Source: Oscillospiraceae bacterium
GTDB lineage: Bacteria > Bacillota > Clostridia > Oscillospirales > CAG-272
Length of the DNA: 64,000 bases
Assembly: GCA_015063695.1 (NCBI GenBank)
Contig: SVTQ01000010.1
Location: forward strand, 609 to 64,608
Direction: 5' to 3'
The position numbers and the translations under genes are program-made. Of the stretch, positions 1-10,041 are shown piece by piece. Below the pieces are notes generated by a model, which was not told the origin of the DNA, did not search any database, and saw only the letters and a list, made by a program, of their open reading frames with translations. Within the stretch, counting starts at the first letter, position 1; every line of letters begins with the position of its first letter.

Positions 1-685
1 TGCCACCGATGCAATATCGGGCTTCACCTCCTATTTTACGGAATTTGACCGTATCGTCGAAGAGAACAATGCCCTTCGCGAAGAGCTGACTTCCCTCAAG
101 GACCAGATTTCAAGCTCCGAAGAAACAGAACAGATGAACGAATGGCTTTACAGATATCTCGAGCTCAGACGCGAGCACACCGATTTCGGGTTTGCAGATG
201 CCAACGTCACGGGACGGGAATCGGGAAACTATATGACCGTTTTCACCCTTGACAAGGGCACTGCTCACGGAATCAAAAGCGGAATGCCTGCTGTTACCGA
301 CTACGGCGTTGTAGGCTACGTTTCCGAGGCAGGTCTTGACTGGTGCAAGGTGGTTACTCTTCTTGAATCAAACTCTGCGGCAGGCGTATACATTGAAAGA
401 ACGGGAGAGGCGGGAATAGTTGAAGGCGACTTTGCTCTCGCTTCCGAGGGTCTTTGCAAGATGCTCTACATCGATGCAGAGTCCTCTGTTCACGAAGGCG
501 ACCGTATTTTTACAAGCGGTTACGGAAGCGTTTATCCCCGTGGCCTTCTTGTGGGCTACGTTGAAAAGGTTGAACCCGATGCAAATACAAGAACACTTGT
601 TGCTTATGTCCGTCCTGCAGAACAGATGAAGGATATCCGCCGTCTCATGATAATCACCGAATACGAGGTGGTTGCAGATGAATGA
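1..685 (+). CDS. mreC: Rod shape-determining protein MreC, C-terminal part (5' end outside window)
   Basis: Frame of ORF 134..685 stays open to the window edge (...EENNALREELTSLKDQISS coiled-coil-like segment). Beta-rich C-domain with GMPAVTDYGVVGYV and SGYGSVYPRGLLVGYV. Followed directly by mreD and a PBP2 gene. Confidence 0.85.
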   Translation, partial: ATDAISGFTSYFTEFDRIVEENNALREELTSLKDQISSSEETEQMNEWLYRYLELRREHTDFGFADANVTGRESGNYMTVFTLDKGTAHGIKSGMPAVTDYGVVGYVSEAGLDWCKVVTLLESNSAAGVYIERTGEAGIVEGDFALASEGLCKMLYIDAESSVHEGDRIFTSGYGSVYPRGLLVGYVEKVEPDANTRTLVAYVRPAEQMKDIRRLMIITEYEVVADE

Positions 686-1649
686 CAACAATAATCAGAA
701 AAACACACCGAATAATCCCGAAAGCGGCCCTCAGAAAATAGAGCTTCCCGGCGGAGGCTACGGTGTTTATATGGGAGAGACGGGAAAAGGACAGCCTTCC
801 CCCCGAGGCAAACGCCGCCCCCATCCTTCGGGCGCTCCGACCGGCAACCGTCCTCTGGTGCCCCCTGCCACCTCGGGCAACAGACCCCCGAGAGGTACAT
901 CTTATCCGCAAAGATACTCTCTTTCCGATGCGGAAAGGCAGGAGATTGAGCGCAGACATGCCGCCGCAAGAGCAAAAAGACGTGCCGCCGCTGACGGCAG
1001 AGTTAAAAAATACGGGGCAAATAAAATGCCCGAGCCCACACTGAAGGAAGGTGTGGTAAAATACGCAAGCTATTATCTGAAACAGATACTTGACCGCATA
1101 TATATGACGTGGATGGGAATTTCCATCGACCTTGACACCATAATAAAATCGCTTATTATCGCAGGTATGGTACTGCTTTTCGCCATACTGCAGACAACGG
1201 TGTTCGCCCGCTTTACTCCCTTCGGCGCAACTCCCGACCTTATGCTTGCCCTTGTAATTGCGGTGGGCACGACGGAAGGAGAACGCTGGGGCGGTGCCAC
1301 GGGACTTGCCGCCGCTTTTCTCATTGAATCTCTCGGAGGCACGGGAATTACCCTTCTCCCCCTCCTCTACGTGCCGGTGGGATATACCGTCGGTGTCCTT
1401 TGCACAGAATATCTTCGCGACTCAGTAATAATCAGAACTATCTATACCTTCAGCGCAGGAATACTGAGAGCGGTAATAACTGCCATATACGCAAATATCG
1501 CCTTTGACAAGGTGGACGCAGGACTTCTGTTCTCGTCAATTCTTATCCCCGAATATTTCTCGACCGCGCTTATGGCTTTTCTTCCCCACGTTACCGAGTG
1601 GTTTGCTCTCAAAGCCTTCCACAGATCCAGAGAAGACAGAGTTTCATAA
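672..1649 (+). CDS. mreD: Rod shape-determining protein MreD with long Pro/Gly/Arg-rich N-terminal extension
   Basis: C-terminal ~175 aa form about five hydrophobic segments (PDLMLALVIAVG, LLPLLYVPVGY...) in the classic position between mreC and mrdA. Start overlaps the mreC stop by 14 nt. The first ~145 aa are low complexity. An internal start at ATG 1104 cannot be excluded. Confidence 0.7.
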   Translation: MQMNDNNNQKNTPNNPESGPQKIELPGGGYGVYMGETGKGQPSPRGKRRPHPSGAPTGNRPLVPPATSGNRPPRGTSYPQRYSLSDAERQEIERRHAAARAKRRAAADGRVKKYGANKMPEPTLKEGVVKYASYYLKQILDRIYMTWMGISIDLDTIIKSLIIAGMVLLFAILQTTVFARFTPFGATPDLMLALVIAVGTTEGERWGGATGLAAAFLIESLGGTGITLLPLLYVPVGYTVGVLCTEYLRDSVIIRTIYTFSAGILRAVITAIYANIAFDKVDAGLLFSSILIPEYFSTALMAFLPHVTEWFALKAFHRSREDRVS

Positions 1650-1680
1650 AAAACCGAAACCAAAGAAAGGAGGTACCCGC

Positions 1681-3828
1681 ATGAAACAGAAAAAAGAATT
1701 TCTTATAAGATATATCATAATGGGTGCCTTCTTCGTTATTTTCGCCTTTATTTTTGCGGGAAGACTTATAAACATTGACGTTACGGGTCAGGGCTACGTT
1801 ACCGACACGTCCTACACCGAATACAGAAAAAGAACCGAAAAAATACAGGCTGTGCGCGGTGAAATCTTCGACAGAAACGGAAATCCTCTCGTTACCAACG
1901 TATACAGCTACGACGTATATTTCGAGGCAGGCTCCATGAACGGAACCAACCTCGTAAAAAACAAAATAATAATGGGCGTTCTGCGATCCGCCGAAAAATG
2001 CGGAGAGTATGATAAAGTTAATATGCCCACTCTTCCTTTCCTTGAAATAAAGAACGCTTCGGGAACGGAAACAAACTACGAATACGACTCGTCCTTTATG
2101 TCAACCGTCTACGGCTCAAGACTTGAGAAGCTTCTCCTTGAGATAACGGAAGAGGAAGAGCTGCCGCCTGCATCCGAGGCGGTAAGTATACTTCTTAAAA
2201 GATACGGACTTATCGACAAGGAAGGGCGACTCGGTTACAGCGAAGAAAGAGTGAGACTGCTTCTCTCCTTCCGACTTGACATGGAGCTGAAGAATTTTTC
2301 TTCCCTCGCGCCCTACACAGTAATTTCAGATGCGAGCATGGAGCTTATGACAGTTCTTTCCGAAACGGGACTTCGCGGTGTTGCCTTTGAAAAGAAGATC
2401 ACCCGTGTTTATAATTACCCCGGCTATGCTTCCCATCTGCTTGGAAGAACGGGTAAGATTCAGGCGGCAAAGGCTGACTATTATAAAGAGCTCGGTTACC
2501 CCATGGATGCCATCGTAGGTATTTCGGGCGCCGAGGAGGCCTTTGAAAGCTATCTGCGCGGTGTTGACGGAGAAAAGACCGTCATTGAAGACGAATACGG
2601 AAACGTGATCGACGAATACGTTTCGAAGGAACCCGTTTCGGGCAAAAACGTATATCTTACCCTCGACATTGAAATGCAGATCGCCGCCGAAGAAGCACTG
2701 AAAAACAACATTCAGCTTATCGTTGACAATGCGATAGCAAACGGTGAGGAAAAATCGGGCGAGGATGCCAATGCAGGTGCGCTCTCACTTGTAAAGGTTG
2801 AAACGGGCGAGGTTCTCGCTCTCGCTTCATACCCCACCTACAACCTTGCAACCTTCAACGAGGACTACGAGGCTCTCAGAACAGACGAGCTTTCCCCCAT
2901 GTTCAACCGCGCCCTTGAGGGTACATACGCTCCCGGTTCAACCTTCAAGCCCGGTGTTGCGGCGGCGGCGCTTCAGGAAGGAACAGTTTCCCCCTATACG
3001 CTCCTGCCCTGCAACGGTCCTTATAAGTATTATGAGGACAGCGGCTTTACCCCCGCTTGCTGGTTATGGAACATGAGACGCGGAAGCCACGGAATGATAG
3101 ACGTTACCGAGGCAATTCAGGTCTCCTGTAACTGCTACTTCTACGAGGTGGGCAGACTTCTCACCATCGGCACCATGAACAGATACTGCAAGGGATTCGG
3201 CCTCGGTCAGCCCACAGGCATTGAGCTTGACGAAAAGACGGGCGTTCTTGCAGGCCCCGAATACAGAGACGAGCACGGACTTGAGTCATGGACTCCCGGT
3301 CAGACCATCACTGCCGCCATCGGTCAGTCCGATAACCTCTTCACTCCTCTTCAGATCAGTCAGTATATCGCAACCATCCTCAACAGCGGAAACCGCCGCG
3401 GTGCACACATGCTCTATGAAGTTCATGAATTCGGCACCGACGAGGTCATATATAAATCGGAACCTGAAATTATCGACAATTCCGTTTCCCTCTCCGATGC
3501 TGTTGTAAGCACGGTTAAAAACGGCATGAAAAACGTTATGGAAGACGGCTCTGCCGCGCGAGTTTTCAGAAACTACCCTGTTGCTATCGGCGGTAAAACA
3601 GGTACGGCGCAGGTAAGAGAAGACCGTTCCGACAACGCTATCTTCACAGCATTCGCTCCCTTCAATTCTCCCGAAATAGTTGCTTCCTGCGTGATCGAGC
3701 AGGGCGCAAGCGGCGCCGACGCAGGTTACGCCATAAAGGACGTCTTTGACAAATACTTCGGATTTGTAACCGAGGAAGAACCGGACGAAAGCACAGAAGA
3801 TACAGAAAACACAGAGGCGGAAGAATAA
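1681..3828 (+). CDS. mrdA: Penicillin-binding protein 2 (elongasome transpeptidase)
   Basis: ATG 1681 is preceded by AAAGGAGG. N-terminal TM segment. SxxK (GSTFKP), SxN (QSDN) and KTG (GKTGTA) motifs. mreCD synteny. The ORF-track start at 1504 overlaps mreD and lacks an RBS. Confidence 0.9.
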   Translation: MKQKKEFLIRYIIMGAFFVIFAFIFAGRLINIDVTGQGYVTDTSYTEYRKRTEKIQAVRGEIFDRNGNPLVTNVYSYDVYFEAGSMNGTNLVKNKIIMGVLRSAEKCGEYDKVNMPTLPFLEIKNASGTETNYEYDSSFMSTVYGSRLEKLLLEITEEEELPPASEAVSILLKRYGLIDKEGRLGYSEERVRLLLSFRLDMELKNFSSLAPYTVISDASMELMTVLSETGLRGVAFEKKITRVYNYPGYASHLLGRTGKIQAAKADYYKELGYPMDAIVGISGAEEAFESYLRGVDGEKTVIEDEYGNVIDEYVSKEPVSGKNVYLTLDIEMQIAAEEALKNNIQLIVDNAIANGEEKSGEDANAGALSLVKVETGEVLALASYPTYNLATFNEDYEALRTDELSPMFNRALEGTYAPGSTFKPGVAAAALQEGTVSPYTLLPCNGPYKYYEDSGFTPACWLWNMRRGSHGMIDVTEAIQVSCNCYFYEVGRLLTIGTMNRYCKGFGLGQPTGIELDEKTGVLAGPEYRDEHGLESWTPGQTITAAIGQSDNLFTPLQISQYIATILNSGNRRGAHMLYEVHEFGTDEVIYKSEPEIIDNSVSLSDAVVSTVKNGMKNVMEDGSAARVFRNYPVAIGGKTGTAQVREDRSDNAIFTAFAPFNSPEIVASCVIEQGASGADAGYAIKDVFDKYFGFVTEEEPDESTEDTENTEAEE

Positions 3829-3853
3829 AAGCCTTGAAACAATAGACAAAAAT

Positions 3854-4561
3854 ATGACAAACGTTAAAAAGACAATTAGAAAAAGTAAGAGACTTTCGGA
3901 AAAGGGAAAGGCAGTCACAGAAAAGCTGAAAGAGATTTATCCCGAGTCCGAATGTGCCCTTGAATATGACGGCGACCCATGGCGGCTTCTTGTCATGGCA
4001 AGGCTCTCCGCCCAGTGTACCGATGCAAGGGTAAATATCGTATGCCGTGATCTTTTTGAAAGATTCCCCGATGCTTCTTCAATGGCTGAGGGTGACCTTT
4101 CCGAGATCGAAGAGCTTGTGCGCCCCTGCGGCCTTTACAAGCTTAAAGCGGCAAATATAAAAGACTGTTCCAAAATCGTTACGGAAAAGTACGGCGGAAA
4201 TATTCCCGACACCATGGAAGAGCTTCTCGCCCTCCCCGGCGTCGGCAGAAAAATTGCCAATTTGCTCCTTGGTGACATTTTCGGCAAAGGCGGCATAGTT
4301 GCCGATACCCACTGCATGAGAATATGCTCAAGGCTGGGCTTTTACAAGGAAGGCAAAAAGGATCCGCTCTTTACCGAAAAGGTAATGGACCTCTACGTAG
4401 ACAAAAACGAGCAAAGCGACTTCTGCCACAGAATAGTATTTTTCGGCAGAGAATGGTGCAAGGCGGCGTCTCCCCGTTGTGAGGAATGTCCCCTTGCAGA
4501 GCTTTGCGATAAATATATAAAAAACACAGCTCCTACGAAAGGAAAAAAGACAAATGAGTGA
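3854..4561 (+). CDS. nth: Endonuclease III (DNA glycosylase/AP lyase)
   Basis: HhH-GPD element LPGVGRKIANLLL. C-terminal 4Fe-4S ligands C-x6-C-x2-C-x5-C (CKAASPRCEECPLAELC). Confidence 0.9.
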   Translation: MTNVKKTIRKSKRLSEKGKAVTEKLKEIYPESECALEYDGDPWRLLVMARLSAQCTDARVNIVCRDLFERFPDASSMAEGDLSEIEELVRPCGLYKLKAANIKDCSKIVTEKYGGNIPDTMEELLALPGVGRKIANLLLGDIFGKGGIVADTHCMRICSRLGFYKEGKKDPLFTEKVMDLYVDKNEQSDFCHRIVFFGREWCKAASPRCEECPLAELCDKYIKNTAPTKGKKTNE

Positions 4562-5633
4562 TAAAAACTGCTCCTGCAAAAATAAAGAAAAAAATCCCCG
4601 CCTCGGCAAAGTAGGCGGTCAGGCGGTCCTTGAAGGCATCATGATGCGTGCAGGCGACAACACAAGCCTTGCGGTAAGAAAGGAAGACGGCTCCATCGCC
4701 GTTGAAAACGGAACCTTCACCTCCGTCAGAAAAAAGCATAAGATACTTAATATTCCCATCATCAGAGGTTGTGTAAATATGGTTGAGATGTTTACTCTCA
4801 GCTATTCCACCCTTGAACAGTCCGCAAAGATGCTTGGTCTTGACGAGTTTGAAGAGGAAACGAAGTTTGACAAGTGGCTCAAGGAAAAGCTTGGCGATAA
4901 GCTTATGAACGTTGTAATGTCCGTTGCGGCAGTGCTTGGCGTTGCCCTTGCCTTCGGTCTTTTCACCTTCCTTCCCGCCCTTATCACAAAGTGGCTGAAC
5001 AGCCTTGTCGAAGGCGGTCTCGGTTGGTGGCAGAACCTTATTTCCGGCGGCGTACGTATAACCATTTTCGTGGCCTATATGATGCTTGTTTCCCTTATGA
5101 AGGAGATACGCACAACCTTTGAGTACCACGGCGCAGAGCACAAGTCCATCGCTTGCTACGAAGCAGGCGAGGAGCTTACTCCCGAAAACGCAAAGAAATA
5201 CACCCGTTTCCATCCCCGTTGCGGCACAAGCTTTATTTTCGTTGTGCTTATTATTTCCATTCTTATTTTCTCCATCGTTAAATGGGAAATGAACGTTTTC
5301 GCAATGGTTGCTCTCCGTCTCTGCCTTCTTCCCGTTGTTGTGGGAATAAGCTTTGAATTCCTTATGATTGCAGGAAAGCATCAGAATTTTATTACAAAAA
5401 TTCTCTCTGCTCCCGGTCTTCTCATGCAGAGAATAACAACAAAAGAGCCCTCCCTTGACCAGCTTGAAGTTGCAATCAAAGCACTCAAGTGCGCTATGCC
5501 CGACGAATTCCCCGAGGAACTCATCGAAAACAGCGAAGAAAGCACAGAAGAGGCAGAAGAAAGCGAAAACTCTGCAGAAAACACCGAAGAGGCGGAAACT
5601 GCGGAAAACACCGAAACTGAAAATGACGGTTAA
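4554..5633 (+). CDS. DUF1385 (YqhQ-like) membrane protein with acidic C-terminal tail
   Basis: N-terminal GGQAVLEGIMMR motif, HGAEHK motif, several TM segments. Sits upstream of prmC as in many Firmicutes. Glu/Thr/Asn-rich tail. Confidence 0.75.
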   Translation: MSDKNCSCKNKEKNPRLGKVGGQAVLEGIMMRAGDNTSLAVRKEDGSIAVENGTFTSVRKKHKILNIPIIRGCVNMVEMFTLSYSTLEQSAKMLGLDEFEEETKFDKWLKEKLGDKLMNVVMSVAAVLGVALAFGLFTFLPALITKWLNSLVEGGLGWWQNLISGGVRITIFVAYMMLVSLMKEIRTTFEYHGAEHKSIACYEAGEELTPENAKKYTRFHPRCGTSFIFVVLIISILIFSIVKWEMNVFAMVALRLCLLPVVVGISFEFLMIAGKHQNFITKILSAPGLLMQRITTKEPSLDQLEVAIKALKCAMPDEFPEELIENSEESTEEAEESENSAENTEEAETAENTETENDG

Positions 5634-6441
5634 AGAAATAGAGCGCAGGCTGAGGGAGGCAGGTATTGAAAATGCCCCGGGAGAGGCCATGCTTATTGCA
5701 GAGCATTTTTCGGGTATTCCCCGCTCCCGTCTTCTTATAATGAAGGATGAAGAGCTTAAAGCAGAAGGTCTTTCCGAAGCTGTGACAAGACGCGAAGAAA
5801 GAGAACCTCTTCAGTACATTCTCGGCGAGTGGGCTTTCATGAACGAAGTTTATGAGGTGAACCCCTCCACCCTCGTTCCCCGTGAAGACACGGAGATACT
5901 TGTGACCTACGGCATCGAAAATATTCCGAAAAACGGAGTTTTCCTTGACCTTTGCGCGGGAAGCGGTTGCGTCGGCATCTCAACTCTTGCCGCAAGGGGC
6001 GACCTTTCCTGCATTTCCGTTGAGCTTTATCCCGAAACTCTTGAGACGGCAAAGAGAAATGCCGCGCGAAACGGCGTTTCCGACAGAATAAAGTTCCTCC
6101 TCGCCGACGTAACGAAAGAAATATTCGGTGAAGAAGGAATATTCGACGCAGTGCTGACAAATCCCCCCTACGTAACTGCAGAAGAATGGGAAGACCTTGA
6201 AGAGGACGTAAAAAAAGAGCCCAAGGCGGCGCTTACCGACGGCGCTGACGGCCTTTCCATTATAAGAAGCATCCTTGAGATTTACCCCTCCCATATCAGA
6301 GAAGGCGGTTTTATCGCCATTGAAATGGGGGCTTATCAAGGCAACGCGGTCACAGAAATTGCAAAAGAAAACGGACTTTCCTGCCGTATTCTGAAAGACT
6401 ATTCGGGAAAAGACAGAGTTGCGCTCTGCAATAAGATTTAA
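5623..6441 (+). CDS. prmC: Peptide chain release factor N5-glutamine methyltransferase
   Basis: NPPY catalytic motif (LTNPPYV), SAM-binding DLCAGSGC, PLQYILGEW motif. Start moved to ATG 5623 (MTVKEIERRL). The upstream part of ORF 5455.. is the alternative frame of the DUF1385 tail. Confidence 0.88.
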   Translation: MTVKEIERRLREAGIENAPGEAMLIAEHFSGIPRSRLLIMKDEELKAEGLSEAVTRREEREPLQYILGEWAFMNEVYEVNPSTLVPREDTEILVTYGIENIPKNGVFLDLCAGSGCVGISTLAARGDLSCISVELYPETLETAKRNAARNGVSDRIKFLLADVTKEIFGEEGIFDAVLTNPPYVTAEEWEDLEEDVKKEPKAALTDGADGLSIIRSILEIYPSHIREGGFIAIEMGAYQGNAVTEIAKENGLSCRILKDYSGKDRVALCNKI

Positions 6442-6458
6442 AACCGAAAGGTGAACCT

Positions 6459-6935
6459 ATGAAAAGACTTTTAAACCTGTTCAGTATCCTTTGTCCCGTT
6501 GGGACGGCGGTAATACTGTACGTGTGCATATCGGAAATATTTTCGGGCGGTGAGAATATACTGTTTCCGGTGCTGGCTTCCGTGTTTTCCATAGCCGTGT
6601 CCGTAATGCTCTGGGCGGTATCTGCAATTTACGACAAGGTCACAAACCTTGAAGAGACCCTCGGAATATATGTTGACCGCGGATATGAGGAGGAAGAGAT
6701 AGAGAAAAAAGAATGTCCCGTCTGCCACAGAGAGATCGACCTTGACTACGTGGTCTGTCCCTTCTGCGAAAACAAGGATTTCGACAGAAAGCCTTTCGGT
6801 GACAACCCTTACGGCGACACACTTAACAGAAAAAACAGAGAAGAAAGATTTCCTACCGACGATCCCGAATACAACGGCACCGATTTCAGCGGTGAAGACG
6901 TTGTAAGCTGTCACGGTGACAGCGACGAAAACTGA
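6459..6935 (+). CDS. Membrane-anchored zinc-ribbon protein (hypothetical)
   Basis: Two N-terminal TM helices, then CPVC-x14-CPFC zinc-ribbon spacing. No family recognised. Confidence 0.5.
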   Translation: MKRLLNLFSILCPVGTAVILYVCISEIFSGGENILFPVLASVFSIAVSVMLWAVSAIYDKVTNLEETLGIYVDRGYEEEEIEKKECPVCHREIDLDYVVCPFCENKDFDRKPFGDNPYGDTLNRKNREERFPTDDPEYNGTDFSGEDVVSCHGDSDEN

Positions 6936-6959
6936 CATCCAACCTACAAAGGAGTTAAT

Positions 6960-8033
6960 ATGAAAACAAAGCTTTGTATACTTTTCGGAGGCGCATCCTC
7001 AGAATATGAGGTTTCCCTGGTATCCTCCTTCGGAGTTCTTACCAATGTAAACAGAGAAATATTTGACGTTACCGCCATCGGTATCACCAGAGAAGGAAAA
7101 TGGTTCCTTTTTGAGGGCGACGTTGAAAATATAAAGAACGGCACATGGTGCAAGGATGAAAGTTCCCTCTCCCCCGTTCTCTTCAATCCCGCTCCGGGAT
7201 GCGACAACTTCGCGGTAATGAGCGCGGACGGCACTATCTGCCGCACCATGTCCTTTGACGCGGTGTTCCCCGTTCTCCACGGCGCTTTCGGCGAGGACGG
7301 AACTCTCCAGGGTATGCTCTCCATGGCTAAAATTCCCTTTGTCGGCCCCGGCCACACCTCAAGCGGTGTCTGCATGGACAAAGCATTCACAAAGCAGATA
7401 GTTGAATATACGGGTGTCCGTCAGGCAAAGGCTGTTATCGCCGTTAAAGATGAATTCGAAAAAGACGCCGAGGGCATCATTTCCGCTGTGGAAGCTATGG
7501 GCTACCCCGTTTTCGTAAAGCCCTCAAGAGCAGGCTCCTCCGTGGGCGTTTCAAAGGCTAAGAACAGAGAAAAGCTCATCGCCGCTCTCGAAGTCGCTTT
7601 TAAGGAAGACACAAAGGTGCTCGTTGAAGAATTTATCGACGGCCGCGAGGTTGAAGTTGCTGTTATGGAAAGCGAAGGCGCATACACCGCTTCCGTCCCC
7701 GGTGAGATCGACCCCGGATGCGAATTCTACGACTACGAAACAAAATACGTAAGCGACACAGCTTCCTACTATATCCCCGCAAGGCTCACCGAAGAACAGA
7801 CGGACTACATAAAGGAAGCCGCAGTTAAGATCTTTAAAGCTCTCGACTGCCGCACCCTCTCAAGAGTTGACTTCTTTGCCTGCAAAAACGGAGAGCTTGT
7901 ATTCAATGAAATAAACACCATCCCCGGCTTTACTCCCATCAGCATGTATCCCAAGCTCTTTATGAACTCGGGCATGACCTACGGCGAAATAATTACGGCT
8001 CTCGTTATGTCCGCCATAAAGACAGAAAAATAA
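6960..8033 (+). CDS. ddl: D-alanine--D-alanine ligase
   Basis: N-terminal LFGGASSEYEVSL, ATP-grasp core (GYPVFVKPSRAGSSVGVSKA), C-terminal EINTIPGFT motif. Confidence 0.92.
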   Translation: MKTKLCILFGGASSEYEVSLVSSFGVLTNVNREIFDVTAIGITREGKWFLFEGDVENIKNGTWCKDESSLSPVLFNPAPGCDNFAVMSADGTICRTMSFDAVFPVLHGAFGEDGTLQGMLSMAKIPFVGPGHTSSGVCMDKAFTKQIVEYTGVRQAKAVIAVKDEFEKDAEGIISAVEAMGYPVFVKPSRAGSSVGVSKAKNREKLIAALEVAFKEDTKVLVEEFIDGREVEVAVMESEGAYTASVPGEIDPGCEFYDYETKYVSDTASYYIPARLTEEQTDYIKEAAVKIFKALDCRTLSRVDFFACKNGELVFNEINTIPGFTPISMYPKLFMNSGMTYGEIITALVMSAIKTEK

Positions 8034-8037
8034 CAGC

Positions 8038-8640
8038 ATGCAAAAGGAGCGAAAAATGAAAAAGGACGTTCTTTCCGTTTCTGAGTTTCCCGAAAATTAC
8101 AAGGAGATATTTTCGGTTAGACTCACCAATAAAAAGCAAGTGCTTCTCGTTAACGTAATAGCGATACTTATTGGTATCATAATGGCAGTACCCATGCACT
8201 TTTTGGTTCCGTTCCAAACTCTTTTTAATATGGAAAACGGTATTGTGCCGTATATGATACGTTTTTTAACTATTTTTGTATCCCTCGTGCTTTACATAGT
8301 GCTTCACGAAGCTGTACACGCCGTCGTAATGAAATATTACGGTGCAAAAAAATGCAACTTCGGCTTTAACGGACTTTACGCATGGGTAGGAGCAGACTGC
8401 TTCTTCCCAAAAAAGCCTTATATTGTGATAGCTCTTGCACCCGTAGTTTTCTGGGGCATCATTCTGCTTATCTGCAACCTCCTCGTTCCCTCGGATTGGT
8501 TCTGGGTGGTATACATCATACAGATATGCAACGTCAGCGGCGCGGCAGGTGACTTTTACGTTTCATGGAAATTTTCAAAAATGCCTGGCGATATCTTAAT
8601 AAAAGACACAGGGCATTCCATGTCCGTATACAGTAAATAA
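8038..8640 (+). CDS. DUF3267-like putative membrane zincin
   Basis: Four or five TM segments with an HEAVHAVV (HExxH) motif at a helix end. Start could be ATG 8056. Confidence 0.55.
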   Translation: MQKERKMKKDVLSVSEFPENYKEIFSVRLTNKKQVLLVNVIAILIGIIMAVPMHFLVPFQTLFNMENGIVPYMIRFLTIFVSLVLYIVLHEAVHAVVMKYYGAKKCNFGFNGLYAWVGADCFFPKKPYIVIALAPVVFWGIILLICNLLVPSDWFWVVYIIQICNVSGAAGDFYVSWKFSKMPGDILIKDTGHSMSVYSK

Positions 8641-8758
8641 GTAACTTATAGACATATCCCAAGCAAAGATATTAAAAGAACAGAAAAAAACAACTCTTTT
8701 TAATTTATTTTGTTACATAGATGCCGTATAGTTGCTGAAATATTTGGTAAAATAACTG

Positions 8759-8787
8759 TTGATTATATCAAAAAAATGTGGTATATT
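8759..8787 (+). promoter_or_regulatory. Sigma-A-type promoter for pgk-tpiA
   Basis: TTGATT, 17-nt spacer, TATATT, with TGG immediately upstream of the -10 (extended -10 like), about 45 nt before pgk. Confidence 0.45.
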
Positions 8788-8832
8788 TAGAACAGTAAAA
8801 AATTATATAATATATAAATGGAGATTAATGTT

Positions 8833-10020
8833 ATGACCTACAACAAAAAAACTGTTGAAGACATTGAAGTTAAGGGCAAAAAAGTCCTCGTAAGATGCGA
8901 TTTCAATGTTCCCATGAAAGACGGCGTTATCACAAACGATAACAGAATCGTCGGCGCACTCCCTACGATCAAGTACCTTCTTGAAAACGGCGCAAAGGTT
9001 ATCCTTTGCTCTCACATGGGCAGACCCAAGGGTGAATTCAACATGCAGTTCTCTCTCGCTCCCGTTGCAGCTAAGCTCTCCGAGTACCTCGGTATCGAAG
9101 TTGTAATGGCTAAGGACGTAATCGGCGAAGACGCAAAGGCTAAGGCTGCAGCTCTTAACGAAGGCGAAGTTCTCCTTATCGAAAACGTACGTTTCCACAA
9201 GGAAGAAACAAAGAACGAGCCCGAATTCGCAAAGGAACTCGCTTCCATGGCAGAGATCTTCGTAAACGATGCTTTCGGCGCAGCTCACAGAGCTCACGCT
9301 TCCACAGCAGGCGTTGCTGATTATCTCCCTGCAGTTTGCGGTTACCTCATTAAGAAAGAGATCTCCATTATGGGACAGGCTCTTGAAAATCCCGCAAGAC
9401 CCTTCGTTGCTATCCTCGGCGGCGCAAAGGTTTCCGACAAGATCGGCGTTATCAATAACCTCATTGAAAAGGTTGACACACTTATTATCGGCGGCGGTAT
9501 GGCTTACACATTCTTCAAGTCATTCGGGTATGAGATCGGTACCTCCATCTGCGAAGACGACAAGATCGATCTTGCTAAAGAGCTTCTCGCAAAGGCAGAA
9601 GCTAAAGGCGTTAAGTTCCTCCTCCCCATCGACAACGTTATCGGTAAAGAATACGACGAAAACACAGAATTTGATTTCGTTAAGTCTGACGCTATTCCCG
9701 ACGGCTGGATGGGTCTTGACATCGGCGAAGAAACTCGTAAGCTCTACACAGAAGCTATCAAGGGTGCAGGCACAGTAGTTTGGAACGGTCCTATGGGCGT
9801 TTCCGAATGGAAGAACTTTGCAGGCGGTACAGAAGCAGTTGCTAAGGCAGTTGCTGAATCCGGCGCAGTTTCCATCATCGGCGGCGGCGACTCTGCTGCA
9901 GCAGTTGCAAAGCTCGGCTTTGCTGACAAGATGACTCACATCTCCACAGGTGGCGGTGCATCCCTCGAATTCCTCGAAGGGCTCGAACTTCCCGGTATCG
10001 CTTGTCTTCAGGACAAATAA
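8833..10020 (+). CDS. pgk: Phosphoglycerate kinase
   Basis: [37 protein letters not shown] motifs. ATG 8833 has a GGAG 9 nt upstream. The ORF-track start 8818 contains that RBS. Confidence 0.95.
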   Translation: MTYNKKTVEDIEVKGKKVLVRCDFNVPMKDGVITNDNRIVGALPTIKYLLENGAKVILCSHMGRPKGEFNMQFSLAPVAAKLSEYLGIEVVMAKDVIGEDAKAKAAALNEGEVLLIENVRFHKEETKNEPEFAKELASMAEIFVNDAFGAAHRAHASTAGVADYLPAVCGYLIKKEISIMGQALENPARPFVAILGGAKVSDKIGVINNLIEKVDTLIIGGGMAYTFFKSFGYEIGTSICEDDKIDLAKELLAKAEAKGVKFLLPIDNVIGKEYDENTEFDFVKSDAIPDGWMGLDIGEETRKLYTEAIKGAGTVVWNGPMGVSEWKNFAGGTEAVAKAVAESGAVSIIGGGDSAAAVAKLGFADKMTHISTGGGASLEFLEGLELPGIACLQDK

Positions 10021-10041
10021 TAAGGTCGGAGGCGTTTCAAA

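Noticed and set aside
1504-1680. Upstream extension of the PBP2 ORF
   Set aside because: It overlaps the end of mreD in another frame. AAAGGAGG precedes ATG 1681, followed by a typical signal-anchor.
4533-5690. 385-aa minus-strand ORF
   Set aside because: It is antisense to the DUF1385 gene, which has clear family motifs. The product is low complexity and Phe/Cys-rich.
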